From Basidiobolus meristosporus CBS 931.73 (taxonomy: Eukaryota > Fungi > Basidiobolomycota): a stretch of DNA of 64,000 nt. Below, one piece after another: positions 47,656 through 61,375 of the stretch. A program made the translations under genes and the position numbers. The stretch is from NCBI GenBank assembly GCA_002104905.1, contig MCFE01000449.1, positions 9,378 through 73,377 of the forward strand, written 5' to 3'. Below the pieces are notes generated by a model that was not told the DNA's origin, did no database searches, and saw nothing but the letters and a program-made list of their open reading frames with translations. The stretch's first letter is position 1. Each line of letters starts with the position of its first letter.

Positions 47656-50600
47656 TGTTATGATCTGCCGCTTGAATGTTTTAGTTAGATCAGTTTTAAG
47701 TCAAATCAATTAGTTATTCTTTTAGGTTATCAGTATATCAGTATTATCTATCAAATCAGTAACATCAGTCAGCAAATGAATCAGCAGATCCTTATCAGAC
47801 AGAAATAGATATATTAGGTAGGATCATATTGGGTGATGATGATGCAACCAAATGAGTCATCAGCCACAGCCTGCATTGGGAAATAATATTAGTCAGCAAT
47901 TGATCTGGCAAAATGTATATAAGGAGCTGCTGGAATCTCAATAAAGATCAGTTCAAGTTTTAGAGAATACAATACTAGCTAAGCTCCCTATTCCCCTACA
48001 ACTCTTATACCAAGACTTGTAACATTGTTAGCAGCAATAACCAGAAACATCCCTCCTGAAGAAAGAAGAAGCCTCCCTCAAGATGTTGGAAAATCAAGAA
48101 TGGGAGAATGCTATGCAACAAATCCTGGCCCAGCAGCAACAGTTACTCCAGATCCTGAGCCAGCAGCAACAAGCAACAACTTCCATGGCTCAAAGCCAGC
48201 AAAACCCTGTCAAGAGCAACTTTAGTGTGAAGGTCAACCAGCACCATGGTAGAGTCAATGAAAACCTTGGAACTTGGCTCTTCTGGATTGAAGAAGCTTT
48301 CAAGGCTAAAGGAATTGCTCCAGAAAACAAGTTACATTATGCAGCCTCTTACCTGGCAGATGCAGCTTTGCAGTGGTACCTCAGCAAGACCAGGTCAGCC
48401 ACCATGATGGGATGCTATACAATCTCTACCTGGGATGAGTTTGTGCTGGAAATTCAGCATGCCTTTGAGCCCCCACACCAACAGACACACCAAGAAGAAA
48501 GTTGAAGACACTCAGACAAAAAGGAATGGTCCAAGAGTACATTTATGAAAATAGATGTCTACTTGGACAAATTGAAAGAATGAACCCTCTGGATCAAGTT
48601 GAATACTTTATTGATGGGTTGAAAGAAAGAACTTGTAAGGAAGTGAATTATTGAAGACCTCAGACTATTGAAGAAGCCATCAAGATTGCCATTGACTACA
48701 ACTCAGCTATGTTTGGAGTTGGGAAGCCCACAATGACTAATCAGGGAGGCTACAATCACTATGAAAGAAGACAATCAGAAGCAGTGCCAATGGAAATAGA
48801 TGCTATGAAGAAAAATCCTACCTCAGAAGAATGTAAGAAGAAAGGGCTTTGCTTCAATTGCCACCAGCAAGGACATATTGCAAAGTACTGCCCTCAGAGA
48901 AGAAATGGACACCAGCCATCAAGAACCTTTAGCCATATTGAGGCCATGGAGCATAGTAGCACGGATGATGAACTTGAAGAAGATTCAGAACTCACCTTTC
49001 ACATGACACAACAATACCTATCCCTGATGACCTCAAACTTGGGAAAGCTGTTATACTTGAATGGAGTAATTAATGGAGTACCTGCCAAGATCATGATTGG
49101 CTCAGGAGCTTTGCATGAGTAAATGTCAGAGCAATTTGCTCTGAAAGCTGGAATCAACTCAGAACCCACTAAATCAACTTCAGTCTCAACAGCTGATGGG
49201 AACTCTCACATAATCAACCATATTACTCAGCTAGTAAGGATGAAGATCAATGACTATGAAGCAGATCTAGAGGCCTATATATTTGGGAACTGCAAGTTTG
49301 ACCTTTTACTTGGGAAAACCGGCTATTTTGTTGTAATCTGTCAATCAACTGGAGAACCCATGCTACTCAGATCCAGAAGGACAACAAGACCTATCAGCTA
49401 TTACCTACCAGACTAGATTTTAGCTTGGTCAATTTCAATGTGTATGAAACAAGTGAGCTTAGCAAGACACAGTTCTGTAGAGCACTAAGAAAAGGCACCC
49501 AGATGTTCCTCATGGCAGTATTACAGGAGGATTCCATGACTCCAGTACCCAAGAAGGTCCAGACTCTTGTGAAGGAGTATTCAGATGTATTTTCAGAAGA
49601 GCTTTTAAGCCTATGACCAGTCAGAGATGTGGATCATGCCATTGAAACAGGAGATAGCCCTCCAGTGAGCAAAACACCTTACAGAATGAGTCCATTGGAG
49701 TTGGAAGAGATGAAGAGACAAATAGATCAGCTACTGGAGCAAGGATATTTCAGACCCAGCTAGTCACCTTGGGGAGCACCAGTACTTTTTATGAAGAAGA
49801 AGGATTGAACACTTAGGATGTGCATTGACTACAGAGCCCTCAACTCAGTTACCATAAAGAATAAGTTCCCCATACCTTGGATTGATGTGCTCTTGGACCA
49901 ACTCAATGGAGCCACTTTATTCAGCAAGATTGACCTCATTTCAGGATACAACCAAATTAGGGTACAATTGGAAGATATCCCTAAGACAGCATTCAGGACC
50001 AGATATGAGCATTACAAGTACTTAGTCATGAGTTCTGGCCTCACCAATGCCCCTGCAATTTTCATGACCCTGATGCAGACTGTCTTTCAGGAGTACTTAG
50101 ACAAGTTTATCATAATCTACCCAGATGATATACTGATATACAGCAAGACAGAAGAGGACCACTTGGTGCACATTGAAAAGGTCTTGAAGAAGCTAAGAGA
50201 GAACAAGCTTAATGGCAAGCTACCCAAGTATGAATTCTTCAAGGAACACAATGAATATCTGGGATACATAGTGACTGGCACAGGAGTAACCTTAGACCCT
50301 AAGAAGGTGGAAGTAATCAAGAATCTGAAGCGGCTCTATAATATATCAGAGCTCAGATCATTCCTTGGAATGGTTTCCTATTATTGGAGATTTGTCAAGT
50401 CTTTTGCAAGTATTGCAGCCCCTTTAACTGATATCCTCAAGAAAGACAATACCTACAGGTGGGACATAGTTTGTGAGACTGCCTTCCAGATGCTGAAGAA
50501 TGAACTTGCTAAGCTGCCAAGCTTAAGAATACCAGACTTCAGAGAAGAGTTCACTCTGTGCACAGATACTTCAGATTATGCAATCGGCAGAGTGTTGAGC

Positions 50601-52590
50601 CAAGAACACAAGGGAAAGGACTACCCTGTTGCCTTTGAATCCAAGAAACTGAACACAGCAGAACAAAACTATCCAGTCCATGAGAAAGAGATGCTTGCTA
50701 TAATACACTGTTTGAAGACATGGAGATGCTATATTGAAGGAGTCAAATGCACTGTGAAGACTGATCATGCCTCCCTCAAGTATATATTTACTCAGAAGGT
50801 ACTCTCTACATAAATGACAAGATGGAGGAATACAATCAGCAATTTGACTTATATATTGTCTACAGCCCTGGAAAAAACAACACAGTTGCTGATGCCTTAT
50901 CAAGATTAGATCAAGTTGCACAACTCAACTTGGTGCATGAATCAGATTGGCCTAGCCTATCAGCAAAGTACTAGGAGGACCAAGCCATTCCTTATGAGGT
51001 AGATGAAGATATCAAGAAGATAATCTTGGATGAAGCCAGCAAATTTGTAGTACAGGATGAAACACTCTACCAAATTGTTGATGGAAACCCTATTGCCTAT
51101 TGACCCTATGTTTCTTGCCTGGATTTAATACATAAGCTACACATTGGATATGGACATCTTGGAATTGAAGGGACCTATAGTCTTGTGAAAGCCAGAGTAT
51201 GGTGGCCCAGAATGATACAAGACATTGAGAAGCTAGTGAAAACATGCCTAAATTGCCAAATCAACCAAGGCCAATCACAGAGAATTGCTGAACTCTTTCC
51301 CTTGTAGCCTGTAAGACCATTAGAAAGATGGGGAATAGACATTATTAGAAGACTGCCAGCTACCAGGAAATGCCACCGCTGGATCCTATTAGCAATTGGC
51401 CCTGCTACAAACAGCCCAGTGGCTAAAGCTGTACCTATAGCCAGTGAACAAGAAGTTGCAAATTTCAACTACCATGAGATCCTTATGAAGTTTGGATGCC
51501 CTGTAGAGATTCTATCCAATAGAGGTGCAAGCTTTGTGGTAAATACATTGGAAACCTACCTGGAAGTGCAGCAGATAAGACACCTGAAAACCTTGGCATA
51601 TCACCCCAGAACTAATGGAGTCACTGAGCGGTTTAATGGATTTTTTGGAGAAATGCTGACCAAGTATGCAAATGGAGTTGTAAGTAGATGGGATGAGTTT
51701 ATAGATCAAGCACTCTTTGCATGCAGAGTCAGAGTACACAACGCCACCCAGCAATTATCATTTTACTTAGTGCATGGATGTGAACAAAGGATTCCAGGCA
51801 ATCTCACACAACCAAAGCTTACAGACACCTTGAAAGATGAACTCAGTCAGCCAAGTAGACACTAGCAACTGGAACAATGAGGTCAAGAGGCACAGACCAA
51901 AGTATCTCAAAGTGCAGAAAAGATGATGTAGATATTTGATAAGACTATAGCACCGGAAGCATTGACAGTTGGGAGCTTTGTATTGCTAAGAAACAACACT
52001 TGGAAGAAGTTTGAGCCATAATAGACAGGACCATTCAAGATCATCAGAGAACGTCCATTTGTAACTTTCCAACTAGTGGACAAATAAGGCAATATCTGGG
52101 AAGACTTAGTGCATAGGGACAGACTCAATCTTGCAAGACTTGCTGATGATACTGAACCATTAAGGTATTGGTATCACAAGAAAAGAGATTCTGGAAAACC
52201 CTCTCAACTTTAGCAGGGGATAATGTTATGATCTGCTGCATGAATGTTTAATTTAGATCAGTTTTTAGTCAAATCAACTAGTTATTTGATTTGGTTATCA
52301 GTAAATCAGTATTATCCGTCAAATCAGTAACATCAATCAGCAAATGAATCAGCAGATCATTATCAGACAGAAATAGATATATTAGGTAGGATCTTATTGG
52401 GTGATGATGATGCAATCATATGAGTCATCAGCCACAGCATACATTGGGAAATACTATTAGTCAGCAATTGATCCTGCATAATGTATATAAGGAGCTGCTG
52501 GAATCTCAATAAAGATTAGTTCAAGTTTAGTGAGTACAATACTAGCTAAACTCCTATTCCCCTACTACTTGTATACCAAGATTTGTAACA
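47656..52590 (+). mobile_element. Full-length but inactivated Ty3/Gypsy element, copy 1 (LTRs 47656-48024 and 52224-52590, TSD AGTA)
   Basis: TGTTATG...TGTAACA LTRs, PBS at 48025, PPT AGCAGGGGATAA. Order gag ([14 protein letters not shown]), protease, RT (YPDD in place of YLDD), RNase H, integrase with GPF motif. Many stops and frameshifts. Confidence 0.95.
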
Positions 52591-53100
52591 AGTATAAGGA
52601 CCATAATAATGGATTTGGATACATTTACAGTGGTATACTGAAATCAACCTGGTCTTACATGAAATAAATACAAAAGCCAACATGATTCTGGAACTTTGCT
52701 TATATTACGCATGATCCATGTTGGACTGTATTGATATGGAGCAGATCACATCAATCAAAGGTTTCCTATTTGGTTATAGACTTATGAGAAAATCATCAAT
52801 AAATATTCATGTCCTTGTATGAGGATAAGTTTTGCCACATAATGCTGGGTTACATGGCAATTGATGGATATTCAGTCATAATGCAAGGGAAACCAGATAA
52901 ATTAAGCCAATTGCGCCAAATCAATCCATTTCACATCCAGTTGATCTCAAACAAATCTAATATAACTTGCTCATCTGAATGGTTGTTGCTCATCAATCCT
53001 ATTACTATCACCAGATACTCTTTTGATACATAAGAGGAGATCTGTACCTAGTACTATGGACCATGTACCCTAATCTACACAAGGAGATCCATTGTTAAGC

Positions 53101-53581
53101 TGTTACAAGAAATTACTGTGATGATCCTGTCAAAAGGCTGTCACAGATGTAGAGTCTTGTGACTAAGAGGTACTGATCCAGTCAGCACACTGCACAGACA
53201 CCATTGAAAAATGATCACACCCCAAATTTGACAAAAAGTGTGATCAATGTTTTCCATCACAACAATAAATTTGTGACTTTTATTTGGTTTCCTGTCAGTT
53301 TGCTCACTTTCTGATCTCAGACACTATATCATCACTAACATATGTGTACATTGATTGGCCATTGTCTCTTTTTCACACTCCTTACTTCCTGACTCAACTG
53401 TTTCTCTTACTTTTCATGAGTACAAATTGATTTATTTCTGTTGAAACCTCAGTTGTGCCTCAATTGCCATTTATACTGACACACAAAATCCCTATACCCT
53501 ACACTAACATTAAGCCTAACCCCACGCCCAGCAAGTAACACCATTAAAATCTATCACTCAATAGGTATTTCTGCTGTAACA
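53101..53581. mobile_element. LTR-like repeat (481 bp) with 7-bp terminal inverted repeat TGTTACA...TGTAACA
   Basis: Termini read directly; second diverged copy at 35098-36072. No matching TSD. Confidence 0.6.
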
Positions 53582-53599
53582 CTCTGTTTCCATGACTTT

Positions 53600-55729
53600 T
53601 GCAGGAACCCAACAGCTTTAGGCCACTGTTCATTCACTGGTTACAACATGTGCTGGTCTTCAAACAGCATTACAAGGACCATCATCTCATCTGCCAGTCT
53701 TTGCAATAAATCCATGCACTATTTAAGTACATTTTTTTAAGCACTACTCTTGAAGAAGTGCTGCAATCTTTTGGTGTGCCTACTGATGTTCCAAAGTTCC
53801 ACTGAAGGCATTGTGATGGTCATTTGCATTCTTGATGCTAAAGCATAGTTGGTCAGTGAGTGAGGACTACACCCTGTCAACAATGGAAGATGTAAAGGCT
53901 TTGGTAGACAAATTGCCTTTTTCTGCAAATGCATCTGCCTTGCTGGAGTGTAGCTCAACTGGCTGAGCTACCAATTCTTGTGAAAACAGCTACTTTCCTG
54001 CTGCTCATTCTTCTTGGCTATGATGGAATTCAGTCTGTTCCAGGCTTGAGGCATTAATTGGAAAGAACCACAGTCTTTTTACATGCTTCCCTGACTCAGG
54101 CTTGGATAGACATTTTCCCCTTTACCTCTTCCTTTATCACTGCCAGGTCTTTCACCGCTACTTTGTATGAATGCTTCTTGTAATGAATTACATTTTCTCC
54201 TTGAAAAATTCTGCTCTGATGCAACTGTCTTGGCCTGTTTGTCCCTTGTTGGCACTCTACTGGCAACCTGTCATTACTCTTCCACTTGTTTTGAGCTCTT
54301 AGCCCTAGTTGTGACAGACTCCTGAGAAAGCTGCTGGTCTATATCACTGCCTGGTCCTTAACTGCTACTTTGACTGAGGGCTTCTTGAGTGGTACTAGGC
54401 TTTTCCTGGATAAATGTTGTGCTGGTGCATCCATCATTGCCTGCTTGTTCTTTATTGTCACTCTTCCAGCTACCTGACACCTCTTTGATGCTTGTTTGGA
54501 GCTTTTGGCCCTGCTTGTAACAGGCTCTTGAGGAAGCTGCTGGTATTCAGCCATAGCACCCTTGTACTTGTGCCTTTTATAGTTTCTGCTATTCTTAAGA
54601 TACTTTCTTGGCATACCAATGCTGGCCCAGAATTTGTTTGCCTGTTTGAATCCAGGATAATGCTTATCAAACAAGTCAAGCACATTTGGATTGGCCATGA
54701 GCTCCTGATGGTCCCATGGTGTAACAGCCTTAAGGTGATGGTGTGGTATACTGCTGACAGCCTTTTGAATATTAGCCTACTCTTCATCAAGTCAGTAAAC
54801 AGCCTCATAGATCTTTGATGTCTTTTGATTTTTAGACTTTGGTATAAACATCAAATTGTCACCCTCCCATTCTGTTATGGGTTTATCTGTGGGCTTTATC
54901 TTTGGCACTGTTGTTTTGCTTCAACAACTGTATGGTGCTCCTCTACTGCTACATAGGGAAATGGCTCAATTCTAGACTGTGACATTGAGCTACTTGAGTT
55001 CCTTGTTTGCTGCAAAGATACTGGACTCTCTTCCTGGGATATTGATTGCTCTGCATTTTATCCACTCATCCTGTTTCTGGATTATTTCCTGATCCCACTG
55101 GGCTATTGCACCTATGTATCAGCCACTGCACCTAATTGCTTCATTGATACTTTAGTATGAGTTTACAACATACTTGCTAATGAGGGTGGTGGTGATATTA
55201 TGATGGCCACTTGATGGTCTTCAATTGTTTGTACTGCTTCTACAACATAAAATTATTTACTAAGTTTGTTGTGAAATCTGGGGTGCAGTTATTTCAATGG
55301 TCACTGCATGGTGCCCTGAGATAATCAGTACCACTTAGTCCCAGGACTTTGCCTTTGTGACAGCCATTTGATGGGATCATCACAATAATTTCTCATTGGG
55401 CCTAGCTTCCTATTGGCGGTGATATATCCCAATCACTGACAATCCTATCCTATATAAGCAAATTGTGTCATGTATTTCTCACCTATATTGAATTCTGGAT
55501 GATTCTGCTCATAGGGTACTGTGTCATGACTACTTCCAGCAAATGTCCCACTAAACCAGATAATGTTACCCTCAATGTCAGAGAGTGCTTGAAACTTCAC
55601 ACATTGTGCCTTGCATTTGCTGGAATAAAAGTTCCTCTGCTCTCCAGAGGGTCTGTTAATCATGTCTGGGAAGGTGTCCAAAATACTCCTGATATGGAAC
55701 CTATTGTGGTACACTCTGCAATATTGAAG
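53600..55729 (-). mobile_element. PIF/Harbinger-type DNA transposon remnant: DDE_Tnp_4-like transposase fragment (~55250-55729) plus a degenerate second ORF (Myb/SANT-like, ~53600-54800)
   Basis: INRPSGEQRNFYSSKCKAQCVKFQALSDIEGNIIWFSGTFAGSSHD matches the IS5/Harbinger transposase pattern (RP...Q..FYS.K...K.Q...G.I......GS.HD). The second ORF has a W...LFDKHY..F..NKFWASI...NYKRHK spacing like trihelix/Myb. Truncated by Ty3 copy 2 at 55730. Confidence 0.6.
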
Positions 55730-58700
55730 TGTTATAAGTCTTGGTATAAGAGTTGTAGAGGAATAGGGAGCTTAGCTAGTATTGTATTCCCAAAAACTTG
55801 AACTGATTTTTATTGAGGTTCCAGCAGCTCCTTATATACATTTTGCCAGATCAATTGCTAACTAATTGTGTTTCCTAATGCAGATTGTAACTAATGATTT
55901 GTCTGATTGCCTCATCATCACCCTATTACATCCTACCTAATGTATCTCTTCCTCTCTTATAAGGATCTGCTGATTCATCTGCTGAATAATGCTACTAACT
56001 TGAATAAATAACACGCATTTACTGATAGGCTTAACATATAACTAAACAATTTGACCAAAACTGATCTAACTTAGACATTCAAGCAATAGATCAAAAGATT
56101 CTCCCCTACTAAAGTTGACAAGGTTTTCCTGAATCTTTTCTCTTATAATACCTATATCTTAATGGTTCAGTATTGTTGGCAAGTCTTGCAAGCTTGAGTC
56201 TGTCTCTGTGATCTAAATCTTCCCAGATATTCCCTTGTTTGTCTACTAGTTGGTATGTTGCAGAGGGACATTCCCTGATGATCTTAAAAGGTCCCAACTA
56301 TTGTGGATCAAACTTCCTCTAAGTATTGTTTCTCAACAATACAAGGTTCCCAACTGTCAAAGATTCTGGTGATATATTGTTATCAAATCTCTGCTTTATC
56401 TTTTCTGCACTTTGAGATACTTTGGCCAGTGCCTCTTGATGTCTTTGTTCCAGCTACTGGTGTCTACTTGGCTGACTGAGTTCATCTTCTAAGGTGTCTG
56501 TGAGCTTTAGTTGTGTGAGATCTCTGGGAATTGTTAGTTCACATTCATACACTAATTAAAATGGTCATTGTTGGGTAATGTTGTGTACTCTAACTCTGCA
56601 TGCAAAAAGTGCTTGGTCTATATACTGATCCCATCTGCCGACAGCTCCATTTGCATACTTAGTCAGCACTTTCCCAAATAATCCATTAAACTACTCAGTG
56701 ACTCCATTACTACTAGTGTGATATGCCAAGGTTTTCAAGTGTCTGATGTTCTGCATTTCCAAGTAAGCTTCCAATGTCTTTGCCATATATTTTGCTCCTC
56801 TATTGGATAAGTTCTCTACAGTTCATCCAAATTTTATAAGGAACTCATGGTAGATGAAACTTTCAACTTGTTGTTCACTGGCTACAGGTACTGATTTAGC
56901 CACTGGCTATATTGTGGCATGGTCAGTTGCTACTGGGAACCAATTTGTACTTCATGGTAGTTAGCAGTCTTCCAATGAGGTCAATTCCCCATCTTTCAAA
57001 TGGTCTTACTGGCTCCAAGGGAAAGAGTGCAGCAATTCTCTGTGATTGGCCTTGGTTGATCTGGCAAATTAGGCATGTTTTCACTACCTTTGCAATGTCT
57101 TGTTTCATTCTGGGCCACCATGCTCTGGCTTTTGCAGGGCTATAGGCTCCTTTGGTTCCAAGATGCCCATATCCATTGTGTAGCTTAAGTATTAAATCCA
57201 GGCAGGCAAGATAAGGGCAATAGGCAATAGAGCTTCCATCAACAATTTGGTAGAGTGTTCCAACCTGTACCACAAATTTGCTGGCTTCATCCCAAATTAT
57301 CTTCTTGATCTCTTTATCCACTTCGTTAGGAATGGCTTGGTCCTCCAAGTACTTTGGTAATAGGCTGGGCCAATCTGATTTATGCACCAAGTAGAGTTCT
57401 GCAACATGTTCTAATCTTGACAAGGCACTAGCAGCTGTGTTGTATTTCCCAATGCAGTAGACAATCTCCAAACCATATTGCTGAATTTATTCACTCCATG
57501 TTGTCATTCTTCTAGATAGTACCATCTGAGTAAATACATACTTGAGGGAGGCATGGTCAGTCTTCACAGTGCATTTGACCCCTTCAGTATAGCGTCTCCA
57601 TGTCTTCAAGCAGTGAATTATAGCAAGCATCTCTTTCTCATGTACTGGATAGTTTTGTTCTGCTGAGTGCAGTTTCTTGGATTCAAAGGCAACAGGGTAG
57701 TCCTTTCCCTTGTGCTCTTGGCTCAGGACTCCACCAATTGCATAATCTGAAGCTCCTGTGCACAGAGTAAACTCGTTTCTGGTCAGGTATTCTTAAGCTT
57801 GGCAGCTTGGCAAGTTCATTCTTGAGCATATGGAGCACAGTCTCACAAGCTATGTCCCACTTATAGGTATTGTCTTTCTTGAGGATATCAGTTAAAAGGG
57901 CTGCAATACTTGCAAAGGACTTGACAAATATCCAATTATAGGAAACCATTTCAAGGAATGATCTGAGTTCTGATATGCTATGGGACTGCTTCAGGCTCTT
58001 GATAACTTCAACCATCTTAGGGTCTAAGGTCACTGCTGTGCTAGTCACTATGTGTCCCAGATATTCAACATGTTCCTTGAAGAACTCACACTTTGCTAGC
58101 TTGCCATATAACTTGTTCTCTGTTAGCTTCTTCAAGACCTTTTCAATGTGCACCACATGATCTTCTTCTGTCTTGCTGTATATCAATATGTCATCTGGTG
58201 GATTATCACAAACTTGTCTAAGTACTCCTGGGACAGTCTGCATCAGGGTCATGAATGTTGCAGGGGCATTGGTGAGGCCAAAACTCATAACTAAGTACTT
58301 GTAATGCTCATATCTGGTCCTGAATGCTGTCTTAGGGATATCTTCCAATTGTACCCTAATTTAGTTGTATCCTGACATGAGGTCAATCTTGCTGAATAAA
58401 GTGGCTCCATTGAGTTGGTCCAAGAGCTCATCAATCCAAGGTATGGGGAACTTATTCTTTATGGTAACTGAGTTGAGGGCTCTTTAGTCAATTTTGATCC
58501 TAAGTGTTGCATCCATCTTCTTCACAAAAGGTACTGGTGCTCCCCAGGTGACTTGCTGGGTCTGATGTATCCTTGCTCCAATAACCAATCTAATTGTCTC
58601 TTCATCTCTTGCAACTCTAATGGACTCATTGTGTAAGGTGTCTTACTCACTTTTTCTCCTGTGTCAATGGCATGAGCCATGTCTCTGACCAGTGGTAGGC

Positions 58701-60337
58701 TTACAAGTTCATCTGGAAATACATCTGTATATTCCTTCAGAAGAGTCAGGACTCTCTGGGGTACCAACAAAGAGGAATCCTCCTGTAATACGGCCATGAG
58801 GAACATGTGGGTGCCATTTCTAAGTGCTCTGAAGAATCTGTTTTGCTAAGTTCACTTGTTTCACATGCACCGGAATTGACCAAGTTGAAATCCAGTCTGG
58901 CAGGTAACAGCTGTTAGGTCTTGTTGTCTCTCTGGATCTGAGTTACATGGGTTCTCCAGTTGATTGATGGATTACAACAAAATAGCCAGGTTTTCTGAAG
59001 TACAAGGTCAAACTTGCAGTTCCCAAATATATAGGCCTGCAGGTCTTCTTCATAGTCATTGAACATCATTCTTACTGGCAGAGTAATATGGTTGATTGCA
59101 TGAGCATTCCCATCAGCTGTTGAGACTAAAGTTGATGTGGGGGGTACTGAGTTGATTCCAGCCCTCAAAGCTAATTGCTCTGACATGTACTCATACAATG
59201 CCACCAAGTCTATTATGATCTTTGCAGGTACTCCATTGATTTTCCCATTCAAGTATAATAGCATTCCTGAGCTTGCAGTCATCTGGAATAGGTATTCTTA
59301 TGTCATATGGAAGGTGAGTTCTGAGTCTTCCTCAAGTTCATCCTCCATGATACTAGGCTCCAGAGCTTCAATATGGTTGAAGTTTCTTGATGGCTGGGGT
59401 CCATTTCTTCTCCCAGGGCAGTACCTTGCAATATGTCCCTGCTAGTGGCAATTGAAGCAAAGTCCTTTCTTTTTATATTCTTCTGAGGTAAGATTTTTCT
59501 GCATAGCATCTATCTTCATTGGCACTGCTTCTGATTGACTTCTTTCATAATGCTTGTAGCCTCTCTGATTGGTCATTGTTGGTCTCCCAACTCCAAACAT
59601 AGCTGAGTCATAGTCCATGGCAATCTTGATGGCTTCTTCAATAGTCTAGGGTCTTTGATAATTCACTTTCTTACAAGTTCTTTCTTTCAACCCATCAATA
59701 AAGTACTCCACTTGATTCAGGGGTTCATTCTTTCAATTTGTCCACGTAGACATCTATATTCATAGATATACTCTTGAGCTATACCTTTCTGTCTGAGTGT
59801 CTTCAACTTTTGTCCTAGTGGTGTCTGCAGGTATGGGGCTTCAAAAGTATCCTGAATATCCAACCCAAACTCATCCTAGGTAGAGATTGTGGAGCATCCC
59901 ATCATGATGGCTGACCTGTTCTTGTTGTGGTACCACTGTAGAGCTGCATTTGCCTGGTAAGAGGCTGCATAATGTAACTTGCTTTATGGAGCAATTCCCT
60001 TAGCCTTGAATGCTTCTTCAATCTGGAAGAGCCAAGTTCCCAGGTTTTCATTGACTCTACCATGGTACCAGTTGACCTTCACACAAAAGTTACTCCTGAC
60101 AGGGTTTTGCCAGCTTTGGGCCATGGTAGTCATTCCTTGTTGCTGCTGGCTAAGGATCAGGAGTAACTGTTGCTGTTGGGCCAGGATTTGCTACATAGCA
60201 TTCTTCCATTCTTGATTTTAGGACATCTTAAAGGAGGCTTCTTCTTTCTCTAGGAGGGAGGCTGCTGGTAATTGCTGCTACCAATGTTACATGTCTTGGT
60301 GTAAGAGTTGCAGAGGAATAGGGAGTTTAGCTAGTAT
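55730..60337 (-). mobile_element. Ty3/Gypsy copy 2, inverted and inactivated (3' LTR 55730-56098; 5' LTR truncated at 60285-60337)
   Basis: Same family as copy 1. PPT at 56099-56111, PBS next to 60284, and gag/PR/RT/RH/IN fragments in ORFs 56109-60215. Confidence 0.93.
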
Positions 60338-61375
60338 TGTTGCAATTTAAGAAGTGATTTGGATATAAGGAACTTATCAAGAAATAGTGATAATAGTTGA
60401 ACTGTTGTTTATTCATAAAGAAGCTCAGTATTTATACCTTTGTAGAAGTAATACAGCTGCAACACTAAGTAGGGAGGGTTTCTCAATATTCAGGAGCATT
60501 CTGTAACAGTTTCAGGGTTAGTACATAATGTTTGGTAATAGTGCTAATTTGATCCTGACTATAGGGGAATAATCATAAGATCATATATCTGGAGAAAGTG
60601 GCAAAGTTAAGGCAGTAAATGAGTCCTACAGTGACTAAGACTAGCCTAGAATTGTTAAGTAAATTTTTAGCTGCTGATTTCTTAATCCCAATTCCTCTCT
60701 AAGGATCTCAAACTGTGGCCTAGCTAGCGGTTTTGTCAATATGTCTGCCACCATTTTGTCAGTTGGGCAGTAAACCAGCTCTACTAAGTTATTTTCTACA
60801 GCTTCCCTCACAAAGTGATGCTGTATATCAATGTGCTTAGTTCTGGCATGATTAGTAGGATTTCTAGCTAATGAAATACAACTTTGATTATCCTTGTAAA
60901 TACATGTTGGTTCACCTGAATTAAAACCTAAGTCTTTGAATAATTTTCGTAGCCATATAGCCTCCTTAGTTGCTTGACATGCAGCCATATATTTGGCTTC
61001 AGTTGTAGATAGTGCCACAGTTGGTTGTTTCTTGCAATTCCAAGTAATAGCTGCACCAGCATAAAGAAATACATAGCCTGTGGTAGAGCATCTGTCAATC
61101 AGATCTCTACCCCAATCTGAATCACTATAACCATCAAATTTTTGCCTATTAGCTGCTCCAGAGTATTCCAGTACCATATTTATGGTACCTTGTGATATCT
61201 GAAAATCCGCTTAACTGCTGCAATTTGATCTGATCCATAATTCTGCATGAATTGACTGACTATTCCAACTGCTACTGCAATATCTGGACGTGTAGACACC
61301 ATCAAGTACATTAGGCTACCAACCATTGATTGATAGGGAAAGTTTTGGTCCATATTTGAGCCGTTTTCATCCATA
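60338..61375 (-). mobile_element. Ty1/Copia RT C-terminus/RNase H fragment (60641-61374) with an LTR-like segment 60338-60630
   Basis: PYQSMVGSLMYLMVSTRPDI, GYSDSDWG, KKQPTVALSTTEA.Y, DNQSCI, RTKHIDI.HHFVRE, ADILTKPL. Cut at 61375 by Ty3 copy 3. Confidence 0.88.
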
